Below are positions 26,521 to 35,754 of a stretch of DNA of 64,000 nt, piece by piece; position 1 is the first letter of the stretch; each line of letters begins with the position of its first letter. The stretch is from Candidatus Rokuibacteriota bacterium. GTDB lineage: Bacteria; Methylomirabilota; Methylomirabilia; Rokubacteriales; CSP1-6. A program made the position numbers and the translations under genes. The stretch spans positions 6,163-70,162 of the forward strand of contig QHSO01000004.1 in the NCBI GenBank assembly GCA_003220475.1. The letters run 5' to 3'. Under the pieces are notes generated by a model that saw only the letters and a program-made list of their open reading frames with translations, did not search any database and had not been told where the DNA came from.

Positions 26521-28874
26521 TGGGCGAGCCGGTTACCGTCGAGAAGTTCGCCATCGGGCAAGCCGTGCGCCGCGTCGAGGACGCGCGGCTGCTCCACGGC
26601 CTCGGCCGCTACTCCGACGACCTCGACGTGCCGCGCCAAGCGTACGGGGTGCTCGTGCGCTCGCCCCACGCCCACGCGCGCATCGTCCGGATCGACGCGC
26701 GCGCGGCGTCGAGTGCTCCGGGCGTCCTCGCCGTGCTCACAGGCGCCGACCTGGCCGCCGACGGCGTGGGCAACATGCCGAGCGATCGCGCGCGCAAGCG
26801 CCGCGACGGCACGCCGGCCGTTGCCACGCCGCGCCCGCTGCTGGCGCGCGAGCGCGTGCGCCACGTCGGCGATCCCGTCGTCCTCGTCGTCGCGGACACG
26901 CGTGAGCACGCCGTCGACGCCGCCGACCTCGTCGTCGTGGAATACGCGCCGTTACCCGCGGTCGTCGCGACCGCCGACGCCGGCAGGCCGGGAGCGCCGG
27001 CCGTGTGGGACGAAGCGCCCGACAACGTCGCGTTCGTCTGGGCGGCCGGGCAAAAAGAGGCGGTGACTCGCGCGTTCGAGCGCGCGCCGCACGTCACGCG
27101 CCTCGACTTCGTCGTGAGCCGCGTGGCGGTGGCCCCGATGGAGCCGCGCGCGGCCGTCGGCGAATACGACCGGCGCACCGAGCGCTACACGCTGCACACG
27201 GGCATCCAGGGGCCGCACGGCACGCGCACGCTGCTGGCCGCCACGCTGGGCGTGGAGCAGAACCGCATACGCGTGATCAGCGCCGACGTCGGCGGCTCCT
27301 TCGGGATGCGCAGTGGGCTCTATCCCGAGATGGCGCTCGTGCTGTGGGCGGCAAGGCGGCTGGGCCGGCCCGTGAAGTGGACGTCCAGCCGCCGGGAAGG
27401 GATGCTCACGGACGAGGCCGGGCGCGACAACGTCTCCACCGTCGAGCTCGCGCTCGATCGCGACGGCACGTTTCTCGCGCTGCGCATCGCCGTCACGCTG
27501 AACATCGGCGCCTATCTCACGCCGCGGAGCGCGGGGCCGGGGACCAACAACGTCGGCGGCGTGGCCGGCGTGTACCGGACGCCCGCGATCCATCACGAGA
27601 CGACCGGCGTGTTCACGCACACGACGCCGACCGGTCCGTACCGCGGCGCGGGCCGGCCGGAGGCCACGTACGCGATCGAGCGCGTCATCGACGTGGCGGC
27701 GCGCGAGCTCGGGATCGATCCCATCGAGCTGCGGCGGCGTAATCTCATTCCGCCCTCGGCGATGCCGTTCAAGACGGGGCTCGTGTTCACGTACGATTGC
27801 GGCGACTTCGCGCGCGGCATGGACATGGCGCTCGCGCTGGCCGATCATGCCGGCTTCGCCAAGCGACGCGCTCAGGCACGCGAGCAGGGAAAGCTGCGCG
27901 GCCTCGGGGTCGCCAACGCCATCGAGGTGGCGGGTGGCCCCTACACGGCGGTGAATCCCGACACGGCGCAGATCCGCGTGAACCCCGACGGCTCGGTGAC
28001 CCTCTTCGCGGGCTCGACGACGATGGGGCAGGGCAACGACACGGCGTTCACGCAGATCATCGCCGATCGGCTCGGCGTGCCGCCCGCGCGCGTGCAGGTG
28101 CTGTCCGGCGACACGGATGCGCTCGGCTCGGGGCGTGGCAACGGCGGCTCAGGGGCGCTCACGGTCGGCGGCTCGGCCGTGCTCCGCGCGACGGACAAGA
28201 TCGTCGAGCGTGGCCGGCGTATCGCCGCGCAGCTCCTCGAGGCCGCTCCCGAAGACGTCGCGCTGCGTGACGGCCGCTTCGCCGTCGCCGGTACCGACCG
28301 CGGCGTGACGTTCGCCGACGTGGCGCGCGCGGCGTACGTGCCGAAGTCGCTGCCCGCGGGCCTCGAACCCGGCTTCAGCGAGACCGCGGCGTTCACGCCG
28401 CCCGCGGTGACGTTCCCCAACGGCTGCCACGTCTGCGAGGTCGAGATCGACGAGGCGACCGGCGTGGTGCGGATCGTGCGTCACACGGTCGTCGACGACG
28501 TGGGACGCATCGTCAATCCGATGCTCGTGAAGGGACAGATCCACGGTGGCGTCGTGCAGGGTCTGGGGCAGGGCCTCTGCGAGGCGCTGGTCTACGACGA
28601 GACGGGACAGCTGCTCGCCGGCTCGTTCATGGATTACGCGATGCCGCGCGCCGACGACGTCCCCGCCTTCGAGGTGGACTCGTACGAGGTGCCGACGCGC
28701 GTGAACCCGCTCGGCGCCAAGGGCGTCGGCGAGGCGGGCACGGTCGGCGCGCTGCCGGCGCTGATGAACGCCGTCAACGATGCGCTGGCGCCGCTGGGCC
28801 TGCGGCACATCGACATGCCGGTGACAGCCGAACGGGTCTGGCGAGCCATCGGCGGAGCCCGGATGCACGCGTAG
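26520..28874 (+). CDS. xanthine dehydrogenase/CoxL-family molybdopterin-binding large subunit
   Basis: The product is 784 aa, and GTG 26520 overlaps the upstream TAG by 1 nt. The N-terminus is GQAVRRVEDARLL, and the active-site loop is GPYRGAGRPE rather than the VAYRCSFR of true CO dehydrogenases. Confidence 0.9.
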   Translation: MGEPVTVEKFAIGQAVRRVEDARLLHGLGRYSDDLDVPRQAYGVLVRSPHAHARIVRIDARAASSAPGVLAVLTGADLAADGVGNMPSDRARKRRDGTPAVATPRPLLARERVRHVGDPVVLVVADTREHAVDAADLVVVEYAPLPAVVATADAGRPGAPAVWDEAPDNVAFVWAAGQKEAVTRAFERAPHVTRLDFVVSRVAVAPMEPRAAVGEYDRRTERYTLHTGIQGPHGTRTLLAATLGVEQNRIRVISADVGGSFGMRSGLYPEMALVLWAARRLGRPVKWTSSRREGMLTDEAGRDNVSTVELALDRDGTFLALRIAVTLNIGAYLTPRSAGPGTNNVGGVAGVYRTPAIHHETTGVFTHTTPTGPYRGAGRPEATYAIERVIDVAARELGIDPIELRRRNLIPPSAMPFKTGLVFTYDCGDFARGMDMALALADHAGFAKRRAQAREQGKLRGLGVANAIEVAGGPYTAVNPDTAQIRVNPDGSVTLFAGSTTMGQGNDTAFTQIIADRLGVPPARVQVLSGDTDALGSGRGNGGSGALTVGGSAVLRATDKIVERGRRIAAQLLEAAPEDVALRDGRFAVAGTDRGVTFADVARAAYVPKSLPAGLEPGFSETAAFTPPAVTFPNGCHVCEVEIDEATGVVRIVRHTVVDDVGRIVNPMLVKGQIHGGVVQGLGQGLCEALVYDETGQLLAGSFMDYAMPRADDVPAFEVDSYEVPTRVNPLGAKGVGEAGTVGALPALMNAVNDALAPLGLRHIDMPVTAERVWRAIGGARMHA

Positions 28875-28912
28875 CCGAAGCGCGGTATTGTTGGCGCCAC
28901 CGGAGGATACTC

Positions 28913-29818
28913 ATGCACGTCGGCATCTTCGTGGAGGAGCGGCGCCGCGGCACCAGCGAGGCCACCGCGTTCGCCGAGGCGTTGGAGCTGGCGGAGGCCA
29001 GCGAGGCGTGGGGCCTCGACGGCGTGTGGCTCGGCGAGATCCACTTCAACCCGTGGCGCTCCGTGCAGTCCGCGCCGATGAATCTCGCGGCGTTCATGGC
29101 CGCCCGCACCAATCGATTCGGCATCGCGTACGGCGAGAGCCAGCCGCGCTTCGAGGAGGCGCTCGCCATCATGCGCGAGGCGTGGAAGGGCGAGCGCTTC
29201 GACTATGAGGGCAAGTTCTTCACCGTACGCGATACGGTGGTCTCCCCGACGCCGCTGCAGAAGCCGCACCCGCCGCTGCGCATGGCCGCCAACTCCAGGG
29301 AGACGTTTCCGTGGGTCGGGCGCGCCGGGCTGCGGCTCTTCGTCGGCTTGCGCGACGTCGATCTGCCGGAGCTCCGCGAAAACCTCAAGGCGTACCGGCA
29401 GGCGTGGCGCGACGCCGGCCATCCCGGCAACGGCGACGTGTGCCTCCGTATTCCGGTCTACGCCGCGCCGACGGAACAGGAAGCGCTCGAGGAGCCGCGC
29501 GAGAACATCACCTACTTCTTCGAGCGCCACCAGGAGCTGACGCGCACGCGTCTGGGCCGCGACGACACCGGCCCGCTGGAGCGGCACGAGGCGCGGCTGG
29601 CGAAGCTGAGGGCCATGGACTACGACGAGATTCTGGAAAAGCGCGTCGCGTTCGGCACCGCGAGCATGCTCAAGGAGCGGCTCGGGACGCTGACGTCGGA
29701 CCTCGGCCTCGACGGATTCATCGTCGAGCTCAACCCCGGCGGCCTGCTGCCGATGGACCGCATGCTCAGGACGCTACGCATCCTGACGCACGAGGTGCTT
29801 CCCGCCCTCAAGGGCTGA
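28913..29818 (+). CDS. LLM-class oxidoreductase, probably degenerate (internal in-frame deletion)
   Basis: The N- and C-terminal LLM parts are present. About 50 aa are missing after ARTNR compared with the LLM paralogues at 34483 and 45960. Confidence 0.65.
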   Translation: MHVGIFVEERRRGTSEATAFAEALELAEASEAWGLDGVWLGEIHFNPWRSVQSAPMNLAAFMAARTNRFGIAYGESQPRFEEALAIMREAWKGERFDYEGKFFTVRDTVVSPTPLQKPHPPLRMAANSRETFPWVGRAGLRLFVGLRDVDLPELRENLKAYRQAWRDAGHPGNGDVCLRIPVYAAPTEQEALEEPRENITYFFERHQELTRTRLGRDDTGPLERHEARLAKLRAMDYDEILEKRVAFGTASMLKERLGTLTSDLGLDGFIVELNPGGLLPMDRMLRTLRILTHEVLPALKG

Positions 29819-30215
29819 CGCGGTAACCGCGCGCGTCGCTCGCCGCGCCGTCCTTGTACGTCACGATGCGCTGGGGTGAGGCGTGCGTGCCGAGCAGGCG
29901 CAGCGTCTCACCGCCGACGACTCTGAACGCGTGCGGCGTGTCCGGCGGGATCGCCATCGTGTCGCCCCGGCGCAGCGTCACGGCCTCGTCTTCACGTCCC
30001 TCGATCCACGCCTCGGCAGCGCCGTCGAGGATGTGGAGGATCTCGACGTACGGGTGCTGGTGCACCGGCGCGACGTAGCCCGGCTTCGCCGTCTGGATGC
30101 CGGTGCGCACGGGCGTGCTGCCCTCGTCGTCGCCGATGATCAGCTGGTAGTGCGAGAGCGGGCCGAAGCTCACTTGCTCGGTATCTTCGAGGCGAACGAC
30201 CGTCGGCTCTTTCAT
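29808..30215 (-). CDS. cupin domain protein
   Basis: ATG 30215 gives 135 aa. Cupin motifs are PVHQHPYVEILHILDG and GDTMAIPPDTPHAF. Confidence 0.8.
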   Translation of the reverse strand: MKEPTVVRLEDTEQVSFGPLSHYQLIIGDDEGSTPVRTGIQTAKPGYVAPVHQHPYVEILHILDGAAEAWIEGREDEAVTLRRGDTMAIPPDTPHAFRVVGGETLRLLGTHASPQRIVTYKDGAASDARGYRVSP

Positions 30216-30285
30216 CGTGTCTTCTCCGTGATGGCCCACCTGCCTGTTGCGATCAAGGCTGGAGGGTATCATCCTACGCAGCACC

Positions 30286-31530
30286 ATGCTCAGCGCCGCC
30301 GAGAACGAGACGCTGACGCGCGTCGGGACCGGCACGCCGATGGGCGAGCTCCTGCGGCGTTACTGGCAGCCCGTCGCCGCCGTCGCTCAGCTCGACGAAC
30401 AGCCCACGCTGGCCGTGCGCCTCATGGGCGAGGATCTCGTGCTCTACAAGGACACGCGCGGCGGCTATGGCCTGCTCGACCGCCACTGTCCACACAGGCG
30501 CGCCGATCTCTGCTATGGCGTACCCGAGGACCGCGGACTGCGCTGCCACTACCACGGCTGGCTCTTCGACAGCGCCGGCGCGTGCCTGCAGCAGCCGTTC
30601 GAGGAGATCGCGCGGCCCGAGGCGCGCTTTCGCGACAAGATCCGCACGACCGCATATCCGGTCCAGGCCAAGGCCGGCCTGCTCTGGGCGTATCTCGGAC
30701 CCGCACCGGCGCCGCTCGTGCCCGACTGGGATCTCTTCGGCGAGCGCGGCTACAAGCAGATCGTGTTCTCAGAAATCCCGTGCAACTGGTTCCAGGGCCA
30801 GGAGAACTCGATCGATCCCATCCACTTCGAGTGGCTGCACTCGAACTGGTCGGCCGCGCTGCGCGGCGAGCCCGGCGCGCGCGCGCCGCGACACCTGAAG
30901 ATCGCGTTCGAAGAATTCGAGTGGGGCTTCGTCTACCGCCGGGTGCGTGAGGACACGACCGAGGACGACGAGCTGTGGACCGTCGGCCGCGTGTGCCTCT
31001 GGCCGAATTGCCTGTACACGGGGAAGTTCGAGTGGCGCGTGCCGATCGACGACGCGCGCACGCTGCACGTGGCGTGGTTCAACGATGCCGTGCCGGGCGA
31101 CGCGCCGTTCGAGCAAGCCCAGATCCCGTACTGGCACGGGGCGATCACCGATCCGGCCAGCGGTCGCTTCATCACGAGCCACATCATGAACCAGGACTTC
31201 GTCGCGTGGGTCGGCCAGGGCGCGATCGCCGACCGCACGAAGGAGCATCTGGGGGAGAGCGATCGCGGCGTGATCCTGCTGCGCAAGCGCATGCTCGAGG
31301 AGGCGGCCGTGGTCGCCAGGGGCGGCGATCCGAAGGCCGTCATCCGCGATCCGTCGAAGAACGTCTCGCTGCCACTGCCGCGCGTGCGCACGGGCCGGGG
31401 TGCGCGGGTGGCGCCGCCCGGCAAGCCGCGGCCGATGCTGTTTCACGCGGGCCAGCCGCGCGAGATCGTCGAGGAGATCGATCGCATCTGGGTCGAGCGG
31501 AGTCAATCGGGCCAAGAACGGCGGCGATGA
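30286..31530 (+). CDS. Rieske [2Fe-2S] aromatic-ring-hydroxylating oxygenase, alpha subunit
   Basis: It starts at ATG 30286. The Rieske site is CPHRRADL...CHYHGW and the mononuclear iron motif is NSIDPIHFEWLH. Confidence 0.9.
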   Translation: MLSAAENETLTRVGTGTPMGELLRRYWQPVAAVAQLDEQPTLAVRLMGEDLVLYKDTRGGYGLLDRHCPHRRADLCYGVPEDRGLRCHYHGWLFDSAGACLQQPFEEIARPEARFRDKIRTTAYPVQAKAGLLWAYLGPAPAPLVPDWDLFGERGYKQIVFSEIPCNWFQGQENSIDPIHFEWLHSNWSAALRGEPGARAPRHLKIAFEEFEWGFVYRRVREDTTEDDELWTVGRVCLWPNCLYTGKFEWRVPIDDARTLHVAWFNDAVPGDAPFEQAQIPYWHGAITDPASGRFITSHIMNQDFVAWVGQGAIADRTKEHLGESDRGVILLRKRMLEEAAVVARGGDPKAVIRDPSKNVSLPLPRVRTGRGARVAPPGKPRPMLFHAGQPREIVEEIDRIWVERSQSGQERRR

Positions 31531-31907
31531 CCCAGCTTCGCTATCGCGCTCCGGTGCTCGCGCTGTTCGAGGAGCTCGGACGAGCGTTTCCTGCCTCTGC
31601 GAATGCGACTCGACCGCAATCATCCAGAGATGGATCTCGGCCTGGATATTCCCGAACAGAACGGCCAAGACGACGAGCGTTCTTCACCGCCGGCCCGTTT
31701 CGGTGCAGCGGGCATCCGACGGATCGTGAAGACGTCATCGCCTGGTGCCGCGAGGCGGCGAAGGGCATATTATCGGGCTCGTGCAGAATCGTCGTCCACT
31801 ATCGCGGACGCTGAGCGCTCGGCAGCGAGCTGCAGCACGGTTCTTCGTGTCGGCTGTGATCCGAATGGCGTTTAACCGCCCGCCCGCTTCGCATTCTGGC
31901 AGGAGGT

Positions 31908-32318
31908 GTGAAAGTGATACCGAAGCCTGTTGTCGCCGCGGTGGCCGCTCTGCTCTGGACCGGCATGGCCGGCTGCGCGACGTCGAGCGCGACGGATCGC
32001 GCGGCCGTGACGTCGACCACCGCGCTTGGCCGTCGCGTCGATCTGAACGAATCCGGCGCGCTCGAGGCGGTTGCCCGCGCCAATCCGGCGCACTACGAAA
32101 AGATTCGGCGAATCCTAACCGGCATCCTGCAGCAGCCGGAAGCCAGCGTGCCTCGGTGGATCCAGGCCAACTTCGACGGCCGCGACGTCACATATGCGCC
32201 CGTCGTGCTCACGAGCCATCCGCCCAAGCGGCGGCTCTCGTTCGCGCTCGATGCCACGCGCTACGAGGCGATCATCGTCCTCACGAACGTCCGCGGTGAC
32301 ATCGTCCCGTTGAGGTGA
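31908..32318 (+). CDS. lipoprotein, unknown function
   Basis: GTG 31908 follows AGGAGG. The lipobox is LWTGMAGC and the product is 136 aa. Confidence 0.55.
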   Translation: MKVIPKPVVAAVAALLWTGMAGCATSSATDRAAVTSTTALGRRVDLNESGALEAVARANPAHYEKIRRILTGILQQPEASVPRWIQANFDGRDVTYAPVVLTSHPPKRRLSFALDATRYEAIIVLTNVRGDIVPLR

Positions 32319-33187
32319 GCGCGACCGTGAAGGCGTCGACGCGGCTGCGGACGTTGCTTGGCGCCGGCGACGTCATCGTGGCGCCCGGCGTCTGGGACGG
32401 ATTGTCGTCGCGCCTCGTGGCGCGGGCGGGATTTTCGGCGGTCTACGCCACCGGCGGCGGTATCGCACGCAGCATGGGCTACCCCGACCTCGGCCTCCTT
32501 TCCCTGAGCGAGATCGTCGATCGGCTCGCCAACATCGTCGAGCACGCCGGCGTGCCCGTCATCGCGGATGCCGACACCGGCTATGGCAATGCGCTGAACA
32601 CCCAGCGTGCCGTGCGCGAGTTCGAGCGCGCCGGCGTCGCGGCGTTGCACCTCGAGGACCAGACGTTTCCCAAGCGCTGCGGGCACTACGACGACAAGTC
32701 GGTGATCTCCGCGAGCGAGATGGCGCAGAAGCTGCGCGCGGCGCGCGACGCCACGGGCGACGCGGACCTGGTGCTCATCGCGCGCACGGATGCGCTGGCC
32801 ATCGAAGGTCTCGACGCGGCGATCGCGCGGGCGCACGTCTACGCCGCGGCGGGCGCCGACGTGATCTTCGTCGAGGCGCCGGTGAGCATCGAGCAGATCG
32901 AGACGATCGCGCACCGCGTGCCGCAGCCGAAGCTGATCAACATGTTCCAGGGCGGCAAGACGCCGCTCGTGCCGGTGGCACGCCTCAAGGCCCTCGGCTA
33001 TCAGATCGTCATCATCCCCTCCGACATGCAGCGCGCCGCCATTCGCGCGATGGACGACGTGCTCGCCGCCCTCGCGCGCGACGGCTCCTGCGCCGCCCTC
33101 GCCGATCGGATGGCGACGTTCAAGGAGCGCGAGGACGTCGTGGACACCGCCGGTTGGCTCGCCCACGCCGCGAAATACGGCGGCTGA
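32315..33187 (+). CDS. isocitrate lyase/PEP mutase family protein (methylisocitrate-lyase/CPEP-mutase-like)
   Basis: GTG 32315 overlaps the upstream stop (GTGA). Motifs are DADTGYGN and LEDQTFPKRCGH. Confidence 0.9.
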   Translation: MSATVKASTRLRTLLGAGDVIVAPGVWDGLSSRLVARAGFSAVYATGGGIARSMGYPDLGLLSLSEIVDRLANIVEHAGVPVIADADTGYGNALNTQRAVREFERAGVAALHLEDQTFPKRCGHYDDKSVISASEMAQKLRAARDATGDADLVLIARTDALAIEGLDAAIARAHVYAAAGADVIFVEAPVSIEQIETIAHRVPQPKLINMFQGGKTPLVPVARLKALGYQIVIIPSDMQRAAIRAMDDVLAALARDGSCAALADRMATFKEREDVVDTAGWLAHAAKYGG

Positions 33188-33216
33188 AGAGACACGCGAA
33201 TGGAAGGGAGGGCTCC

Positions 33217-33594
33217 GTGACACACCCGACGGCGATCTCGCTCTGCGGAGCCGCAACCGTGTTCGTCGTGCAGGATGTGCTTCGAGCCGTGGAGCACTAT
33301 CGTGATGTGCTCGGCTTCCAAACGGGATTCACGTATGGCTAACCGGTGTTCTATGCCGGCGTCGAAAGAGACGGCGTGATGATTCATCTGCAAGCGGCGA
33401 GTGAGACGAAGCGACAGCCGGGCCATGGCGCGGTGAATGTGTTCGTCACTGACGTCGACGCGCTGTATCGGGAGTTGAAATCTCGCGGCGCCAGAACTCT
33501 CAACGAGCCGAAGGACTACGCGTACGGCATGCGCGATTTCGACATCCATGACCTGGATGGCAATCAGCTGTGGTTCGTGATGAAGTCGAACTAG
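33217..33594 (+). pseudogene. VOC (glyoxalase/bleomycin-resistance) family gene interrupted by in-frame TAA
   Basis: GTG 33217 follows GGGAGGG. ORFs 33154..33342 and 33346..33594 share a frame and are separated only by TAA 33340-33342 (...GFTYG*PVFYAGVERDGVMIHL...). Together they make one VOC domain of about 125 aa. Confidence 0.65.
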
Positions 33595-33780
33595 CAGATA
33601 CCGTAATCTCGACGCCACGCCGGAGAGCCGGCAGGCAACTTCCAACCGGAGAGGGGACGCGACGCTACGCCCGCTGAGGGGTGCGACGCCGGCGCGCTCG
33701 CCCTCGCGGCGTCCGAGTCCAGAGCTCAGTACGATTACACGCGCGTCCCGGACGGCGTCGAGACGCCTCCGGCGCCTTCT

Positions 33781-33909
33781 TTCGAAGGCGTGCGCCGCGC
33801 CGACATGCCGGGCCAGGACGGCTCCGTGCGAAGCTCCGCCTACTACTCGATCGTGCGGACCGAATGGCCCGCCGTGCGCAAAAAGCTCGAAGAAGCGCTG
33901 GCTCGCTGA
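33781..33909 (+). pseudogene. 3' remnant of a GNAT acetyltransferase gene
   Basis: The frame ending at TGA 33907-33909 reads FEGVRRADMPGQDGSVRSSAYYSIVRTEWPAVRKKLEEALAR, which looks like a GNAT C-terminus. The N-terminal two-thirds of the domain has no counterpart upstream. Confidence 0.3.
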
Positions 33910-33916
33910 ACTGGAG

Positions 33917-34477
33917 CTAGTAGCGGAAGCGAACGCCGTACAGCAGGTCGTAGCCTGGCGTGCCGTCCGCCGGCGCTCTCGCGCCTCGCGACGCGACCCC
34001 GTCGGTCGTCGTCGTGACGTCGTACGAGCCGAACAGCGTCGCGTCTCTGTTCAGCCGCCAGTTGAAACCGGCACCCGCTTTTGCCCCGAGACGAAAGGTC
34101 GGATCACCCGGGACTGCGCTGAGGCCGGAAAGATCCTGCGGCTGCTCGACGAACAGCGCCGGACCAAGCACCAGATACGGCTCGATCGGCAGATCCGCCG
34201 TCGGCCATCTCAGCTTCAGATCGAATGACACCGCTCGCCCGCGCGGCTCCCCGAGTAGCCTCTCGGCGGCAGCCGAACCGGCAACGCTTTCCGGGGGAGC
34301 GAGGGGCTCCCAGTGAAGCGCCGAGACGCCGAACCCGAGACCGACCGAAGCGCCGCTCCTGGTCGCGAGCTCGAGGAGATTATCGCTCGCCGCGCCGGCG
34401 AGCACCGAGGCCGGCGCGGCGACCACCGCGACAGTCACCGCAACGATTGCGAGCCAGCGCGAGACACGTCGGTTCAT
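33917..34477 (-). CDS. outer-membrane beta-barrel protein (OmpW/porin-like)
   Basis: ATG 34477 gives 186 aa with a signal peptide, alternating beta-strand pattern and a terminal ...YGVRFRY aromatic beta-signal. Confidence 0.6.
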   Translation of the reverse strand: MNRRVSRWLAIVAVTVAVVAAPASVLAGAASDNLLELATRSGASVGLGFGVSALHWEPLAPPESVAGSAAAERLLGEPRGRAVSFDLKLRWPTADLPIEPYLVLGPALFVEQPQDLSGLSAVPGDPTFRLGAKAGAGFNWRLNRDATLFGSYDVTTTTDGVASRGARAPADGTPGYDLLYGVRFRY

Positions 34478-34482
34478 AGCCC

Positions 34483-35697
34483 TCACGGCGTCGTCGTCGT
34501 CCCCTCGATGTCGCGCGAGCCGGATGCGCGCTGCAGGAAGTCCTTCGGGACCTCGCGGCCGGCGTCGGTGTACGCGCGGCGGATCGCCTCCACGTTGGGA
34601 CTGAAAATCGTCTTGCGGTTGCCGCGCGCCCACTCGTTGGAGCTCTGTGGACCGTCGGCGGAACCCTGAAAGCGCGGCATCACGTAGCGCGCGAACAGCT
34701 CGTAGCTGTGCAGCGTCTGCTGCCGCGTGGCCCAGTTGTGCGCTCGGAAGAGCACGCCTCCGAAGCCGCCGTTCGACAGCTGCCACAATTTTTCGATCCC
34801 TTTGATGACAGTCTCCACCGAGCCGACGAGCGTGGTGCCCATCTTCACGCCGTCGGTCAGCGGATCGTCGGAGCGGCCGGGCGGACGGCCGAGCGTTTCC
34901 TCGAAATAGGTGATCGTCTCGTGGCGCTCGGCGCGCTTCACCTGACGCATCGCCTCCTCGTCGTCGTCGGCAACGTGCACGTTGACGACGAGCTTCCAGT
35001 TCTTTCGGTCCAGCGTCTTGCCGTGCCGGGCCGCCGTCTCCTCGCCGATCTTCCACTGGTTGGCGAGCGCCTCGGGGCCGCCGGGAATGCCGGCGCCGAG
35101 CGAGAGCACGCCGAGGCCGTGACGGCCGGCGGCGATCACGCCCGACGGCGTCATCACGCTGGCGATGGCGATCGGAAAGTGCGGCTCGGTGTAGGGCGCC
35201 AGGTGCAGGCGCGCCTGCCGCATCTCGAACCAGTCCGTCTTCAGCGTCACCGGCTCGTCGCCCTTCAGCAGCAACATGATCGCGTCGAGCGCCTCGTCCA
35301 TGCGTGGCCGCTGCGTCACCGGCTCGATGCCCATCATGTACGCGTCCGACACGAGCGCGCCCGGACCGCAGCCGAGCATCGTGCGCCCGCGCGTCATGTG
35401 ATCGAGCTGCACGAAGCGCTGCGCGACCAGGAACGGATGGTGATACGGCAGGCTCGTCACCCCCGAGCCGAGCATGATGTGGCGGGTGCGCTCGGCGGCG
35501 GCGGCGATGAAGATCTCGGGCGACGCGATCAATTCCCAGCCGGCCGAGTGATGCTCGCCGACCCAGACCTCGTCATAGCCGAGCCAGTCGAGCCACTCGA
35601 TCAGCTCCATGTCGCGCGCCATGGCGAGCGTAGGATTTTCACCGAGGCGGTGAAACGGGGCGAGGAAGATGCCGAACTTCATTCCTTTGTGGGCCAT
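34483..35697 (-). CDS. LLM-class flavin-dependent monooxygenase (LimB-like)
   Basis: The start is ATG 35697 or ATG 35682 (MKFGIFLAPFH...). The EVWVGEHH motif is present. The remainder of the 785-aa ORF upstream is antisense to the esterase and SDR genes. Confidence 0.9.
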   Translation of the reverse strand: MAHKGMKFGIFLAPFHRLGENPTLAMARDMELIEWLDWLGYDEVWVGEHHSAGWELIASPEIFIAAAAERTRHIMLGSGVTSLPYHHPFLVAQRFVQLDHMTRGRTMLGCGPGALVSDAYMMGIEPVTQRPRMDEALDAIMLLLKGDEPVTLKTDWFEMRQARLHLAPYTEPHFPIAIASVMTPSGVIAAGRHGLGVLSLGAGIPGGPEALANQWKIGEETAARHGKTLDRKNWKLVVNVHVADDDEEAMRQVKRAERHETITYFEETLGRPPGRSDDPLTDGVKMGTTLVGSVETVIKGIEKLWQLSNGGFGGVLFRAHNWATRQQTLHSYELFARYVMPRFQGSADGPQSSNEWARGNRKTIFSPNVEAIRRAYTDAGREVPKDFLQRASGSRDIEGTTTTP

Positions 35698-35754
35698 GGG
35701 CCAGACTGTAGCACGAGAGGTCCGGCGTCTCCTTTTGGCGTACCATGTCGCGCC

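Noticed and set aside
26520-28874. Calling the molybdoenzyme a carbon monoxide dehydrogenase (coxL).
   Set aside because: The active-site loop is PYRGAGR, not the form-I signature VAYRCSFR, and no coxM/coxS genes are adjacent. Only the family-level call is kept.
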